This document shows, piece after piece, positions 49,542-61,474 of a DNA stretch of 64,000 bases; position 1 is the first letter of the stretch; each line of letters begins with the position of its first letter. A program made the translations under genes and the position numbers. The DNA is from Malacoraja senta (lineage: Eukaryota). The notes beneath the pieces were generated by a model. It saw only the letters and a list, made by a program, of their open reading frames with translations, made no database searches and was not told the origin of the DNA. The stretch lies in contig CM075989.1 of NCBI GenBank assembly GCA_038087875.1, positions 22,136,001 to 22,200,000 on the forward strand. The letters are read 5' to 3'.

Positions 49542-50052
49542 AAGAATCTTTATTTCTTGTAAATAGTTTTTTACTAAGGAAGAGGATAGTTTCAAAATAT
49601 TGGTCGTAGAGAAGTTGGGAGATGTAATGGATGTGTGACAGATAAAAAATAGATAGGCTTCTTAAGCTTAAAGCGGGTACATCACCTACGTAGTTGAATG
49701 GCTTGTAATCTAGGCTCCTAAAAGATATTGGGGTGGAATTAGCAGAAGGAATGTTTGGTATGATTAATACATTTTGAAATCTAAAGCGGTATTCTATGAT
49801 CTAACTGCTTATATGTTAAAACCAGTGGCATTAGCACTACGTTTGGCTGCCACATTCTACTGGCAAAGAGAGGAAATGGACATGAACAGGTAAGTAAATG
49901 GGCAGCCAAATGGCATCTAGGATTTAATACAGACAATTAGAAAACAGGCAAAGTAATACAATTTGCAGAAGGGATTGCATGGGGCAATATGGAGAACGAA
50001 TGCACAAGAACAGAGGGTCGTCCATAGATATTTGAGGGCAGAAGGACATATT

Positions 50053-51872
50053 TTTAATTTTTTTTATTTTTTTATTTATATTTATAGATAATAAAAATAA
50101 AGAAATAAAAAGAAGAAATTAAAAAAGTAAGATAAACTATCAATAATACAACTTAGGAGATAGGTCCATAGGTCAGAAGACGTAACTATTCATCCAGTCC
50201 TGGGTTCAGGTTTCAGTCAGGCCTCCGCGCCGGCCCAGTCTACCCCTTCAGATAATCTATAAATGGAGACCATATTTTAGTAAATAATTCTGGTTTGTCA
50301 ATTAAGACATATCTAATTTTTTCCAAATATATGGTCTCCGACATCTCCATAATCCACATCTTAATTGTGGGGGTTGCAGGGTTTTTTCAAAATTTTAATA
50401 TTAATTTTTTCTCGATTATTATACTGTAGTCAAGGAAATTTCTTTGGTTTGTTGTAAGTTTTAGGTATTGTTCTGACATGCGCAATATTATTAATTTAGG
50501 ATCGGGATCCAGTTGAGTATTAACAACTACAGAGATTATTTAAAAAATATCCATCCAATAATTTTTAATTTTTATACAATTTACAAAAGTATGGGTTAAA
50601 TTAGCCGATGAGTATTGGCATTTATCACAAATAGGGGAGATATTAGGAAAGATTCTATTTAATTTTGTTTTTGAATAATGCAATCTATGTAGTACTTTAA
50701 ATTGTATTAAAAAATGTCTGGCATTTAATGAACATTGATGTATATGTTGTAAACTTTCATTCCAAATATCTTTTGTTATAGTTTGGGCTAATTCCTTTTC
50801 CCATACTAATCTATATAATTCCGTCGACGGAGTCTCACTGTCTAAAAGAGTATTATAAATATAAGATATTAATTTATCTGTATTAGGGTGTTTATTCAAA
50901 CATTCATCTAGAATCTCTGGTTCTCTAATTCTGTATTCTTGTGTATGTGATTTAACATAATCTTTAAGTTGTAAGTATCTAAAAAAATTATCTGAATGTA
51001 ATCCATAATTCTGTTGTAGTTCCTGAAACGAAAGAAAAATACAGTTTCTATAAAGATGTCCCATCTTTTTAATTCCATGATTTTTCCATTATACAAAACC
51101 TTTTATCCAACACTGAGGGTTTAAATGAAGGATTATTTGCAATGGGGAGAGAAAATGATAAATTATCCAATTTTAATGTCTTTTTTAATTGTTTCCAAAT
51201 TCGAATTCCACTATATATTATAGGGTTTTCATTATAGATTTGTTTATTGTTTTGTAGGAGCTAACAGGATTGGACCAATTTCAAAAGGCAAACAATCTTC
51301 CCTTTCCATCTTTAACCAGTCTGGTTGTTGATCCATATCTTCCAACCAAAAATTCATGTTTTTGACATTGACTGCCCAAAAATAAAATAAAAAATTTGGT
51401 AAAACTAATCCTCCTTTGGTCTTGGGTTTACATAAGTGTTTTTTTTGCTTATTCTGTGATTCTTATTATCCCAAATAAAACTTGTCACAATAGAATCGAC
51501 TTTTTTAAAGAAATTTTTTGGGAGATATATTGGGATTGATTGAAAGAGGTATAGCAATTGCGGAAGGAAAATCATTTTTATAGCATTAATTCTACCGAGC
51601 ATTGAAATGAGAAGTGTTTTCCAGTATTGAATATTCTTATGCAATTTATTAAATAAAGGCATGAAATTTGATTTAAATAGAGAGTTATATTTCTTTGTCA
51701 CATAAATTCCAAGGTATTTAAATTTTTCATTAACTATTCTAAAAGGTGAGTGTTGCAATATATATGAATTAGGTTCCGTTATTGGCATAATCTCACTTTT
51801 ATTCCAATTAATTCTATATCCCGAAAATAAACCAAATTGAGTTATAAGATTTAACAAGTTTGGAATGCTGGA
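50053..51872 (-). mobile_element. 5'-truncated L1-clade LINE (RT C-terminus and CCHC finger, frameshifted) with 11-bp TSD
   Basis: FGLFSGYRINWNKSE...FKYLGI...GRINAIKMIFLPQLLYLFQSIP (51405-51857); CDKCQYSSANLTHTFVNC (50540-51064); A-rich tail; TSD aaggacatatt at 50042-50052 and 51873-51883. Confidence 0.9.
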
Positions 51873-51928
51873 AAGGACATATTGAGGGTAGTTTACGAAA
51901 GGAAATGGTTCCCTTAACTTGATAACTA

Positions 51929-52084
51929 CCGATAGGGCCTCCTCTATCTTTCAGTCTGAAGAAGGGTTCGGACTCGACACGTCACTTATTCCTTTTCTCC
52001 AGAGATGCTGCCTGACCCACTGATGCTCCAGCATTTTGTGCCTATCTTCAGTATAAACCAGCATCTGCATTTGCTTCTTACACA
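51929..52084 (+). mobile_element. PLE terminal insertion with 9-bp TSD
   Basis: tgataacta at 51920-51928 and 52085-52093; cagtctgaagaagggttcggactcgacacgtcac is a mutated hammerhead. Confidence 0.8.
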
Positions 52085-52102
52085 TGATAACTAGAGAAAG
52101 AA

Positions 52103-52615
52103 GCCCCTCAGGTTCCTATTAAATATCCCCCCTCTCACTTTAAACCTATGACCTCTGGTTCTTGATTCCCCGACTGGGTAAAAGGCTCTCTGCATTCATC
52201 TATCTATTCCCCTCATGATCATCTACACCTCTGTCAGATCACCCCTCATCTTCCTGCACTCCGTGGAACAAACTCCGAGTCAGCCCAACTCCTTCCTACA
52301 TCGAAGGCCATGAAGTCCTGACAACATCCTCATAAATCTTCTCTGCACTCTTCCCAGCATAACGAGATCTTCCCCATAGCAGGGTGATCAAAACTGAATA
52401 CAGTTCAAAAGTTCATATGTTCGTAGATTATAGAAGCAGAATTAGGCCATGCAGCCCATCAAGTCTACTCCACCATTCTATCGTGGCTGATCTATCTTTT
52501 CCTCACAACTCCATTCTCCTGCCTTCTCCTCATAACCCTCTGTCAATCTGTGCCTTAAAATACCCAAAGAGCTGGCCTCCACAGCCGTCTGTGATAATGA
52601 ATTCCACAGATTTAC
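52103..52615 (-). mobile_element. Two CR1 fragments (HER1-like 52103-52410; 3' end 52425-52615)
   Basis: Reverse complement RRMRGDL.EV..IMRGID...ESRTRGHRFK; aattaggccat tail. Confidence 0.75.
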
Positions 52616-52734
52616 GTAGCCTCCTACTGTAGCTTCACCCATAGGCAGTGAGTTGAAGAGATAGAGAATTCTTGTGGTGGGGGAGGTAGGGGAGGGTGCG
52701 GGGAGGTAGGTATCCTGGATAAGAATATCCTAAA

Positions 52735-52990
52735 GTGGTGCAGCGGTAGAGTTCCTGCCTCACAGTGCCAGAGACCCGGGTTGGATTATGACTGCAGGTG
52801 CTGTATGCACATGCGCGGGTTTTCTCCGAGATGTTCGGTTTCCTCTCACACTAGGTTAAATGGCTTGGTATAGATATAAATTGTCCCCAGTGTGTGTAGG
52901 ACAATGGCAATGTGCAGGGATCGCTGGTCGGTGTGGACACGGATGGCCGAAGGCCCTGTTTCCACGCTGTATCTCTAAGCTAAACTAAAT
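52735..52990 (+). mobile_element. HE1-type V-SINE (internal deletions)
   Basis: Head, partial V-domain, tail. Confidence 0.85.
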
Positions 52991-53207
52991 ACACTTCCTT
53001 CTCTGGGTGTTATTTAATTGGAGTTGTGTTTTATACAATAAAGTGATAGAATATAAAGGTAGGATTAAAACCTTGAAATGAGCATTGCTTGTCACGCAGT
53101 ATTCAGTTTCTACACATCTAAAAGCAGATGGATTTTTCTCTGTGAATGGCTGTTCTCTAAACTAAACTGCTGGATTCTCATGGATGGGGAAATCTAAGGA
53201 GAATACA

Positions 53208-53330
53208 AAAGTCAAGTATGTTTAAATGTCACATCTACAATTATACAGAACAATGACATTCTTACTTGCAGCAGCTTCAACAGGCCCGTAAACACAATAC
53301 ACACAGATAATACATCATATCTTTTAATTA
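53208..53330 (-). mobile_element. Rex1-type 3' tail fragment
   Basis: Reverse complement of gctgctgcaagtaagaat...gacatttaaacatacttgact; same family as 29850-29925. Confidence 0.55.
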
Positions 53331-53395
53331 AATGTAATAGATTACTAATCGTAATAAATGTGCAAAAAATACCTCAAATTCTTTTAGTGCAATCA

Positions 53396-53702
53396 GGCGG
53401 CACGGTGGCGCAGCGGTAGAGTTACTGCCTTACAGCGCCAGAGGCCCGGCTTTTGATCCCGGCTACAGGTGCTGTCTGTACGGAGTTTGTATGTTCCCCC
53501 TGTGACCGATTTCTCCGAGATCTTCGGTTTCCGCCCACACTCCAAAGACGTACAGGTTTGTAGATTAGTTGGCATGGTAAAATTGTAAAACGTGTCCCTA
53601 GTGTGTAGTATAGAGCTAGGGTACGGGGATCGCTGGTCAGTGCCGACTTGGTGGGCTGAAGGGCCTGTTTACGTGCTGTATCTCCAAAGTAAAGTAAATT
53701 AA
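53396..53702 (+). mobile_element. HE1-type V-SINE, full length
   Basis: ggcggcacggtggcgcagcggtagag head, V-domain, (GTAAA)n tail. Confidence 0.9.
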
Positions 53703-54438
53703 ACAATCAAATACAGACCATAGAAGTTTACAGTGCTGAGGTTTTTATGATGCACAGGCCTCTGCTTTTGAAACCTTGCTTCGTGTTTCCTGCATGCAAA
53801 GGCATAAATTTATGAAATGTATCTACAAGTGCATTTCAAGACTGAACTAAACTGGAGGAACATCCAGAGGGGAAAAAAAGGGTAAATAATAAGATAAAAT
53901 AAATGAAACATTAAAAAATAGACCTAACTGAAACCTTTGTAATGTTTAGAACATTCGACTCCTGGCTAATCATCACCATTTGGTATTGGTGGTCGCATGT
54001 GATTGAAATGTCTTTGTCTGCCATTTTAACAGACATGCTAATCCTTTCATTTTCAAGCTTCTTTTGCTTGCTTGCATCGTGCATTGTGGACGCTGGACAT
54101 GTGACAACGTGCCATTTCATTCAGATTTCTACAACATTTGATAAGGTGCCCGGCTACTAATTCTTCCTGCTGTGTTGACTATTTCATATCATAAGGCCAA
54201 TGCCATTCTGAACTGCACGGTTGCCTATTTGCTAAATTGATGGAGTCTGTCTTAGCTGAACCAGAGAAAAACAGCCATCTCACAGAGAAAAACCATCAGC
54301 GTTGATATGTATAGAAAGTGATTACAGCATGATAAGCTGTGCTCACTGCAAGGTTTTTATCTTGCCTTTATTTTGTATCACTTTATTGTATAAAGCACAA
54401 CATGTTAAATAACACCCAGTGAAAGAATTGTTCATGCA

Positions 54439-54733
54439 TTTAGTTTAGTTTAGTTTAGAGATACAGCCTTCGTCCCACCAAGTCCGCACCGAGCAGCAAT
54501 CACCGTACACTAACACTATCCTACACACGCTAGGGACAATTTACATTTATACCAAGCCAATTAACCTACAAACCTGGACGTCTTTGGAGTGCGGGAGGAA
54601 ACCGAAGATCTCGGAGAAAACCCACGCGATCACAGGGAGAACGTACGCACTCCGTACAGACAGCACCTGTAGTCAGGATCAAACCTGAGTCTCTGGCGCT
54701 GTAAGGCAGCAACTCTACCGCTGCGCCACCATC
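54439..54733 (-). mobile_element. HE1-type V-SINE, full length
   Basis: Reverse complement of head, V-domain and tail. Confidence 0.9.
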
Positions 54734-54947
54734 CTGTCCATTTGTTTCTTTTACCTAATTGCAAATTCCTACCCAGAAAATATTTCTAGGTGAAAAGAAC
54801 AAAAAAATGCATGTTATTTCTCTTTTTCTGACAAGATTGGTGACGGGAAAGGATTTTTTCAAGGTCCAACAATTCGACCGATAGACCCCAGAACTACAAA
54901 GAACCAACACAAATTGGAATTTCCAGCCTGCAGCAGATTTCAGTATA

Positions 54948-55498
54948 CAGTTTATTTTAGTTTATTATTATTATTACTGTCACGTTTACCGAGGTACAGT
55001 GAAAAGCTTTTTTGTTGCGTGCTGTACAGACAGTGAACAGACTAATCATGAACTACAGTCAAACCGTCCACAGTGTACAGATACAGAATAAAGGGAATAA
55101 TCTTCATTGCAAAATAAAGTCCAGTACAGTTTGATTAAAGACAGTTTGACGGTCACCAATGATGTAGACGGGAGGTCAGGACAGCTTTCCAGTTGGTGAG
55201 AGGACGGTTCAGTTGCGTGATAACAACTGGGAAGACACTGTCCCTGAATCTGGAGGTGTGTTGTGTGTTTTAACACTTCTGTATCTCTTGCCTGATGGGA
55301 GAGGGGAGAAGAGGGAGTGACCGGGGTGAGTCTAGTCCTTGATTATGCTGCTGGCCTTGCCGAGGCAGCGTGAGGTGTAGATGGAGTCAATGGATGATAG
55401 GTTTGTTTGGGTGATGGTCTGGGCTGCGTCCTCAATTCTCTGCAATTTCTTGCGCTCTTGGATGAGGCTTTTCCCAAACCAAGCTGTGATGCATCCTA
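54948..55498 (-). mobile_element. Rex1/Babar LINE 3' fragment
   Basis: Reverse-complement paralogue of 15430-15950. Confidence 0.85.
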
Positions 55499-55585
55499 CA
55501 GATGTGCAAAGCCAAAGCTTCTGTCAAAAGCTAACTTAATCACACTTTAACTTACAAAGTAAATGATTAATTTGCAATGGTTATG

Positions 55586-55915
55586 TTTAGTTTAGAGATG
55601 CAGCATAGTAATCGGCCCTTCGGCCCACCACGTCTACGCCGATCATCGGCCCTTCGGCCCACCACGTCTACGCCGATCATCGCACTAGTTCTGTGATATC
55701 CCATTTTCCCATTCCCAATGCACTGTGAGCAATTTACAGCGGCCAATAATCCACAAACCTTGGCATGTGGGAGGAACCCAGAGCATATGGAGGAAACCCA
55801 TGCAGTCACAGGGAGAAGGGTGCAAACTCCACGCGGACAGCACCCGTGGTCAGGATCTAACCCGGGTCTCTGGCGCTGTGAGGAGGAGGCTCTATCGCTG
55901 CCCCACCGTGCTGCC
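55586..55915 (-). mobile_element. HE1-type V-SINE with an internal 34-bp tandem duplication
   Basis: atcggcccttcggcccaccacgtctacgccgatc at 55611-55644 and 55645-55678. Confidence 0.85.
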
Positions 55916-56517
55916 AAATGCTCCTGGGCCTCCCTTATTCTGAAGCCTGCTCGCTTTGGTCTTGAACTCTGACCTCTTGACCAAGGCGTCCCTGTGTTCC
56001 ATCAGGCTGTCTGTCCGTGCTCTCACTCTGGCCTCCAAGAAAAAGCAAGAACAATCTGTGTTTTACTCCTCCTTGATTTTTTGTTCATTTAAACTAAATG
56101 TTATAACTAACTAATGAAGCTTGGCTCACATGAACTTCACATGAGTTTATGAATGGCCTCATTCTGCTCCTATCAGTTATGAACTTATGAATTTATGAAC
56201 CCATACGTATGTCAGATTTTATGTAAGTCAGAATCACCATCGCCATCCCCTGCCCAAAATGACTTACTGAGTATATTAAATGTATCAGTGGCGTCCAGCT
56301 GGGTCCAGGGCACTTTCTATGACCCACGGCCTTCTGGGTAGGTACCACCGCCATTGCTGGCTTGTTTCGGATGTAAACCTGAGTGATCGTACAGTGTTGT
56401 GGGATTTACAAACTGGCTTGGTTGCATTAGGGACTGAGTACAGAATTCATGTTCATTAGTGATAAGAGAAGAATTAGGCCATTCGGCCCATCGATTGTTT
56501 ATGCAAGTGCGGGTCTA

Positions 56518-56585
56518 CATGCATACCGCTGGGTTGTAAGCTGCCCAAGTGAAATATGAGGTGCTGTTCCTTTAGCATTTGTTTC
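56518..56585 (-). mobile_element. PLE GIY-YIG C-terminal fragment
   Basis: LKEQHLIFHLGSLQPSGM in the ORF track. Confidence 0.75.
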
Positions 56586-56617
56586 AGCATCAGAAAATGG
56601 AAAGCCAAAAGAAACAC

Positions 56618-56817
56618 NNNNNNNNNNNNNNNNNNNNNNNNNNNNNNNNNNNNNNNNNNNNNNNNNNNNNNNNNNNNNNNNNNNNNNNNNNNNNNNNNNN
56701 NNNNNNNNNNNNNNNNNNNNNNNNNNNNNNNNNNNNNNNNNNNNNNNNNNNNNNNNNNNNNNNNNNNNNNNNNNNNNNNNNNNNNNNNNNNNNNNNNNNN
56801 NNNNNNNNNNNNNNNNN
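56618..56817. other. Assembly gap (200 N)
   Basis: Run of n. Confidence 1.
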
Positions 56818-57018
56818 TGAATCGAGGACCAGAGGACAATGGTTTAAGGTGAAGGGGACAAGATTTCATAGGAATCTGAGGGGTAACTTTTTCACACAAA
56901 GGGTGGTGGGTGTATGGAACAAGCTGCCGGAGGAGGTAGTTGAGGCTGGGACTATCCCAACATTTAAGGAACAGTTAGACGGGTACATGGATAGGACAGG
57001 GTTGGAGGGATATGGACC
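56818..57018 (+). mobile_element. HER1-like CR1 ORF2 C-terminal fragment
   Basis: ESRTRGQWFKVKGTRFHRNLRGNFFTQRVVGVWNKLPEEVVEAGTIPTFKEQLDGYMDRTGLEGYGP. Confidence 0.9.
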
Positions 57019-57280
57019 CTGGATGGATGTGAGGGAGGAGGTATAGGGACAGGTGCGAGCGGATGCAGTGGAAAGCATCTGGGGGAGGGTGGTTAGAGTC
57101 GGACTCGGATGAGTGAACCAAGGAGATGCAGAGGGAGTGGTCTCTGAGGTAGGCAGAAAGGTGTGGGGATGGGAAGATGTGACTGCTGGTGGGATCATGT
57201 TGGAGGTGGCAGAAATATCAGAGAATGATGTGTTGGACGTGGATGCTGGAGGTGTGAAAGATGTGGACCAGGGGAACTAA
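57015..57280 (-). mobile_element. PLE (Neptune-like) RT-to-endonuclease linker fragment
   Basis: My translation: VPLVHIFHTSSIHVQHIIL*YFCHLQHDPTSSHIFPSPHLSAYLRDHSLCISLVHS...TCPYTSSLTSIQGP. Confidence 0.7.
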
Positions 57281-57385
57281 TGTCAATGGGTGATCAATGG
57301 TCGACATGGGCTTGGTAAGCAGACAGGAGTGTTTCCATGCTGTATCTGTCAATCCATCAATCAATGAATCAGTCAATGAATCAAT
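57281..57385 (+). mobile_element. HE1-type SINE 3' tail with (TCAA)n
   Basis: atgggtgatcaatggtc...tgtttccatgctgtatctgtcaatccatcaatcaat. Confidence 0.6.
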
Positions 57386-58414
57386 TAATGACCAAAATAT
57401 AACATATGGATTGAACAGCGGTTTGACTGAACAAGAGTTAATTATTAATAAGCATGATACCCACTATAGTTTTTAATGCAGTAATTAATGGTCTGAATTT
57501 ACTTTTTCTATAAATTCAGCCTTAAATATTTGCTCAGTGATGAGACATTTTTTTGTAAGATGTAGAAACGCAAGATTATTTCACTAAATTTAATCCGTAA
57601 AGTGCAATGGTAAAGTATTTTCTGATGCAGTATACGATTCACCCCTGCCCCCTGCTTCAAAGGATTTGTCTGTTTAAAAAAAAAATTTAGTTATTGTAAA
57701 GAGCTGCATCAAACAGATGTTTGGAAATGGACACAGTTATTTTATATGCCTTTCAGATGTAATCCCCTCCAGCCAAATGGGACATCAGGGATTAAGACCA
57801 CCACCATTCCTGAAGTCTGAAAAATGATTGCGGCATTGTATTCTTTCCTCTTGTAATATATCTAATAAAGAATAAGAGAATTCACGGAAAGCCCTTATGA
57901 ATTTTAGGTTAAAAACGTCAATACCCTCAATAACGCATTAATAAAATAATACCAGCTGGGCACTCCTTCATGTAAGCGCAACATATTAAAATATCCTGTA
58001 CTAGTTATCAGGGATTAGTCACTGGCAAATCTTAATGAGTAAATGAATCTCTGCTAAAATGTTCTCACCAGTTTCAGAGCAGTGCACTGCGAGAACGTTG
58101 TTACGATTATGATTTGAAAGTGCCACTCACTGTGATTATGTACACTGGATATGTAAAGCTATTTACACTTTCCCTGAATATTTCTGTAATCGTTCCATAT
58201 CAACAGAAAACGTTCAACATTTTGGTAAGATTTGGTTGCAAATTATTGGGATAGTCTCTGTAGCACATATAAGCATTTTAACAGGACAGACTAAATGAAT
58301 CTTGCGCACACGTTTATGTACACACTGATGCATCGACTCATTCAATGATTCAATGGTATTTTTGTTGACACACGTACCTAGGTACAGTGAAATGCTTTGT
58401 TTTTCATTCACGCG

Positions 58415-58444
58415 TACACATGCACACGCATAAATGCACGTGCC

Positions 58445-58497
<53 letters not shown>

Positions 58498-58539
58498 ATA
58501 CATGCACATGCAAACAAACACACACGCTCACACACACAT

Positions 58540-58621
<82 letters not shown>

Positions 58622-58730
58622 CACACATACATGCACATGCAAACAAACACACACGCTCACACACACATGCACACACACACACATATACACACTCACACAC
58701 TCTCACACACATACATACATTCACACACAT
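58415..58730. repeat. Compound (CA)n microsatellite with higher-order duplication
   Basis: The interrupted block aacacacatacatgcacatgcaaacaaacacacacgctc starts at 58491 and again at 58620. Confidence 0.95.
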
Positions 58731-58787
58731 AATCGTTTCATGAACATTGCTTTCTTTGGAAGAGCTCAAGGAAATGTAAAATGAGCG

Positions 58788-58808
58788 TATATATATATAT
58801 ATATATAA
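58788..58808. repeat. (TA)n microsatellite
   Basis: Direct reading. Confidence 0.9.
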
Positions 58809-60849
58809 TAAAATTCCATTTGCTTTATAACGTAATCAAGCTATAAATAAATACACGTAAATAAATGTCATCATGTTCGTCCTTAAAGAATAAAATCAAA
58901 CCTTGCCCTTAATAAAAAAGTAATGTCATGCAGAATATTTCAAGCAGAACAATGAAGTCATCTACCCTAAACTTTTTATAATATTCCTGAAATCGTCACG
59001 CCTTTCAAATATTTTAAGAAGTGTTTGAATTTCTTATGTGTAAGCACACTTTAATACCAATCTGATTGATTATTGACCAACTAATCAATGAGATTTTATA
59101 AATGAAATGAAGGCATAGAATACAGGGGGGAAAAAAAGCAATGTTTTGTTGCCAGAGGTGGGTGGTGGTGTAGATGGTAAATTGAGCATTTTGTGAGTGA
59201 CACAGTCTTATAAAACTGGCGAAGAGTTCCTGCATAAATTATGTGAAAGGATTTATCCAGGAGCGGAAAAAAAATGAAAGGCCTAGCTGAGATGAGAGGG
59301 TGAAGAGTCCATTGAAAATCAGAGAGATTACCAGCTCATCACATTATTTTTGGGTTATCAGGAGACAGTGGTAATGAAAGTAAAAGCTATCTTCTGATCA
59401 ATAATAGTTTGACTGTGTTTGGAGTTCATTTTCCCTGCTGAGAAAGGCGGCAAAGAATTATTGATCACTTTGTTAATCCATAACTGGTCTCAGCCTTCCC
59501 TCGTGGATGAAGAGGAAAAAATAACATTACAACCAGTAGCACTTGATCTTTTATTTTTGCTGTGAGAATGTGATCTGATGAGTGTTCGTGGCAAAGGTGG
59601 AGTCCTGAATTTAAAGGCGGGATGGTGACTGTTTGGCCCTCTCTGAAGTGCTTTTGTAGTAAGGGTTAGAATCTCTTCATCAGGATGTCTACAGTGGTGT
59701 TAGTGGATAACACCATTATTAATTGTGCCTGCTTGTACAATGTCAGCTGGCAGTGGAGATTGAGACAGATGAGGTCTTAGGAGTCAGTGACTCGGGCTGG
59801 TGAGTGCAGTCTTCTAACCTCCCACTACTTAACAGTGCAGTGCACTATTTCACATCCATCAGTATTTATGTTTTAAGATTTAATCAGGGGTGCTTGAAGC
59901 AAACACAGCATTAGAAAAGCCCTCAACTGTAAATCAAAATTGAGGTTTTCATAAATTCTTCTGACTAGAATGGAACATTTAAAGAACACTGCTTTTACAT
60001 AACCCATGTATATTTATTACAGAATAATAAAACTGTCAGTTAAAAAGCTGAAGAAGATAGTAAAATATATTTTTCCCTAGTAGCAATCCATCTCTTCATG
60101 ATTATGTATTTATTCATCACTATGTTCCATCATCTGATTCATAAATTTAAATCATTTCTTTGCTGTCCTTTCTTCATTACTTTGTCACTTTTTTTTATGC
60201 TGCCCTTCCAATTAATTTGACTTTTCAACTCATGGACGCAGATTGTTTATACCTATAGGAAGCGGACATTAAAAAGGGAGAGACATTGAAAGAGGGGAAA
60301 AAACGATGAATTAAAAATAAGGGGGTAAAACCACTGCCCATTAACGGAAAGCTCTCAACTGTTAGTTAATGGTAATGTCTGCCGTATATATTGGAAGTTC
60401 TTCAGTACACTATGATTCATCGCTACAATCAGGCCACAACCTTTTAAAAGAGCAGCATGCAGGTTATATATTTGCTATTGTTGAAAATGTATTTAAAGCC
60501 CTAACGACAGGTCTGCCCTCTGTCAATGCCTCTATTTATTCTTCCCCTGTAACCCTTGATGATTATGATCGGCAAGAGCAGCATCTCACAGCATTGTAAA
60601 ATATCTATGTGTAATATTTTATTGTCCTTGTCAAACGTGGAGAAAAGCCACACAGCATATATTAACAGTGATGGGAAGTTTTAACCTTTGTTTGGTTGTT
60701 GAAGAACATTGGGTAGATCTTGACTTTAAGCTGTAGTACAAATGGTGTGATAGCAGATTGGTAGCTTACTTTATATCCACCCTCAATTTTATTTCTGTTG
60801 AAATCAATGATTTTTTTTAATTTTTTAATCAAAGCAGATACAGAAGTAA

Positions 60850-60982
60850 TCTTCCCTTTACCGTGTGTCTGTACACTGTGTGGAAGGCTCGGTTTAATCA
60901 TGTACAGTCTTTTCGCTTTACTGGTTAGCATGCAACAAAAACCTTTGCACTGCACCGTGGTACATGTGACAATAAACTAAAG
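60850..60982 (+). mobile_element. Rex1 3' UTR fragment
   Basis: tctgtacactgtg...ctggttagcatgcaacaaaa...gtacatgtgacaataaactaaa. Confidence 0.8.
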
Positions 60983-61474
60983 TATCATATAATGGTACTT
61001 CGAAACCCTGTGTGTTTAAATTTGAATACCAAATTACCAAGTTTAATACCAAAGATTATTTGGTATATGAAGCATTCCATGCTACTTTAGACATTGCACA
61101 AATTACAAGATATAGGAATGAAAGTACAAGAATAACTGGATGGCTTGGCAAACTCTGGACGTTTTCTGTTGTCTTCTGAGGGCACAAGCAATAACTCGAG
61201 GCTGTCTGCCTGAAGTCTAAAGAGGAACGGTAGATGAGAGTAAAGAGTCTGCTGAAATGTTGGGCTAACAAGACTGATGTCCTTTAACAGTACAAGGCTA
61301 TGCAAAGATTTATAGACAAGGATGAGTTTTTTTTTAAATCAATGCGCTGATAAACAATAAGTTACTGGAGGTTAATAAGTTCAAGGTTGACGCGCACATA
61401 TTAACATTGGGAACAAATAAGATGGCAAACCTCCGAGTCCTGAATGAGTTTGAGTTGCCATAACTATCAGCATC

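Larger units (their letters stand above)
49240..50052 (+). mobile_element. Highly decayed CR1 ORF2 remnant (continues at 51873-51925)
   Basis: Patchy codon remnants resembling NIKGNxKxFY and KSPGPDGLHPRLLKE; host of two later insertions. Confidence 0.4.

Noticed and set aside
56474..57046. ORFs of 98-155 aa
   Set aside because: They span the N gap; only the TE-derived flanks are real.
58214..58784. Five 111-160-aa ORFs (poly-HT / poly-CV)
   Set aside because: Translations of the (CA)n microsatellite.
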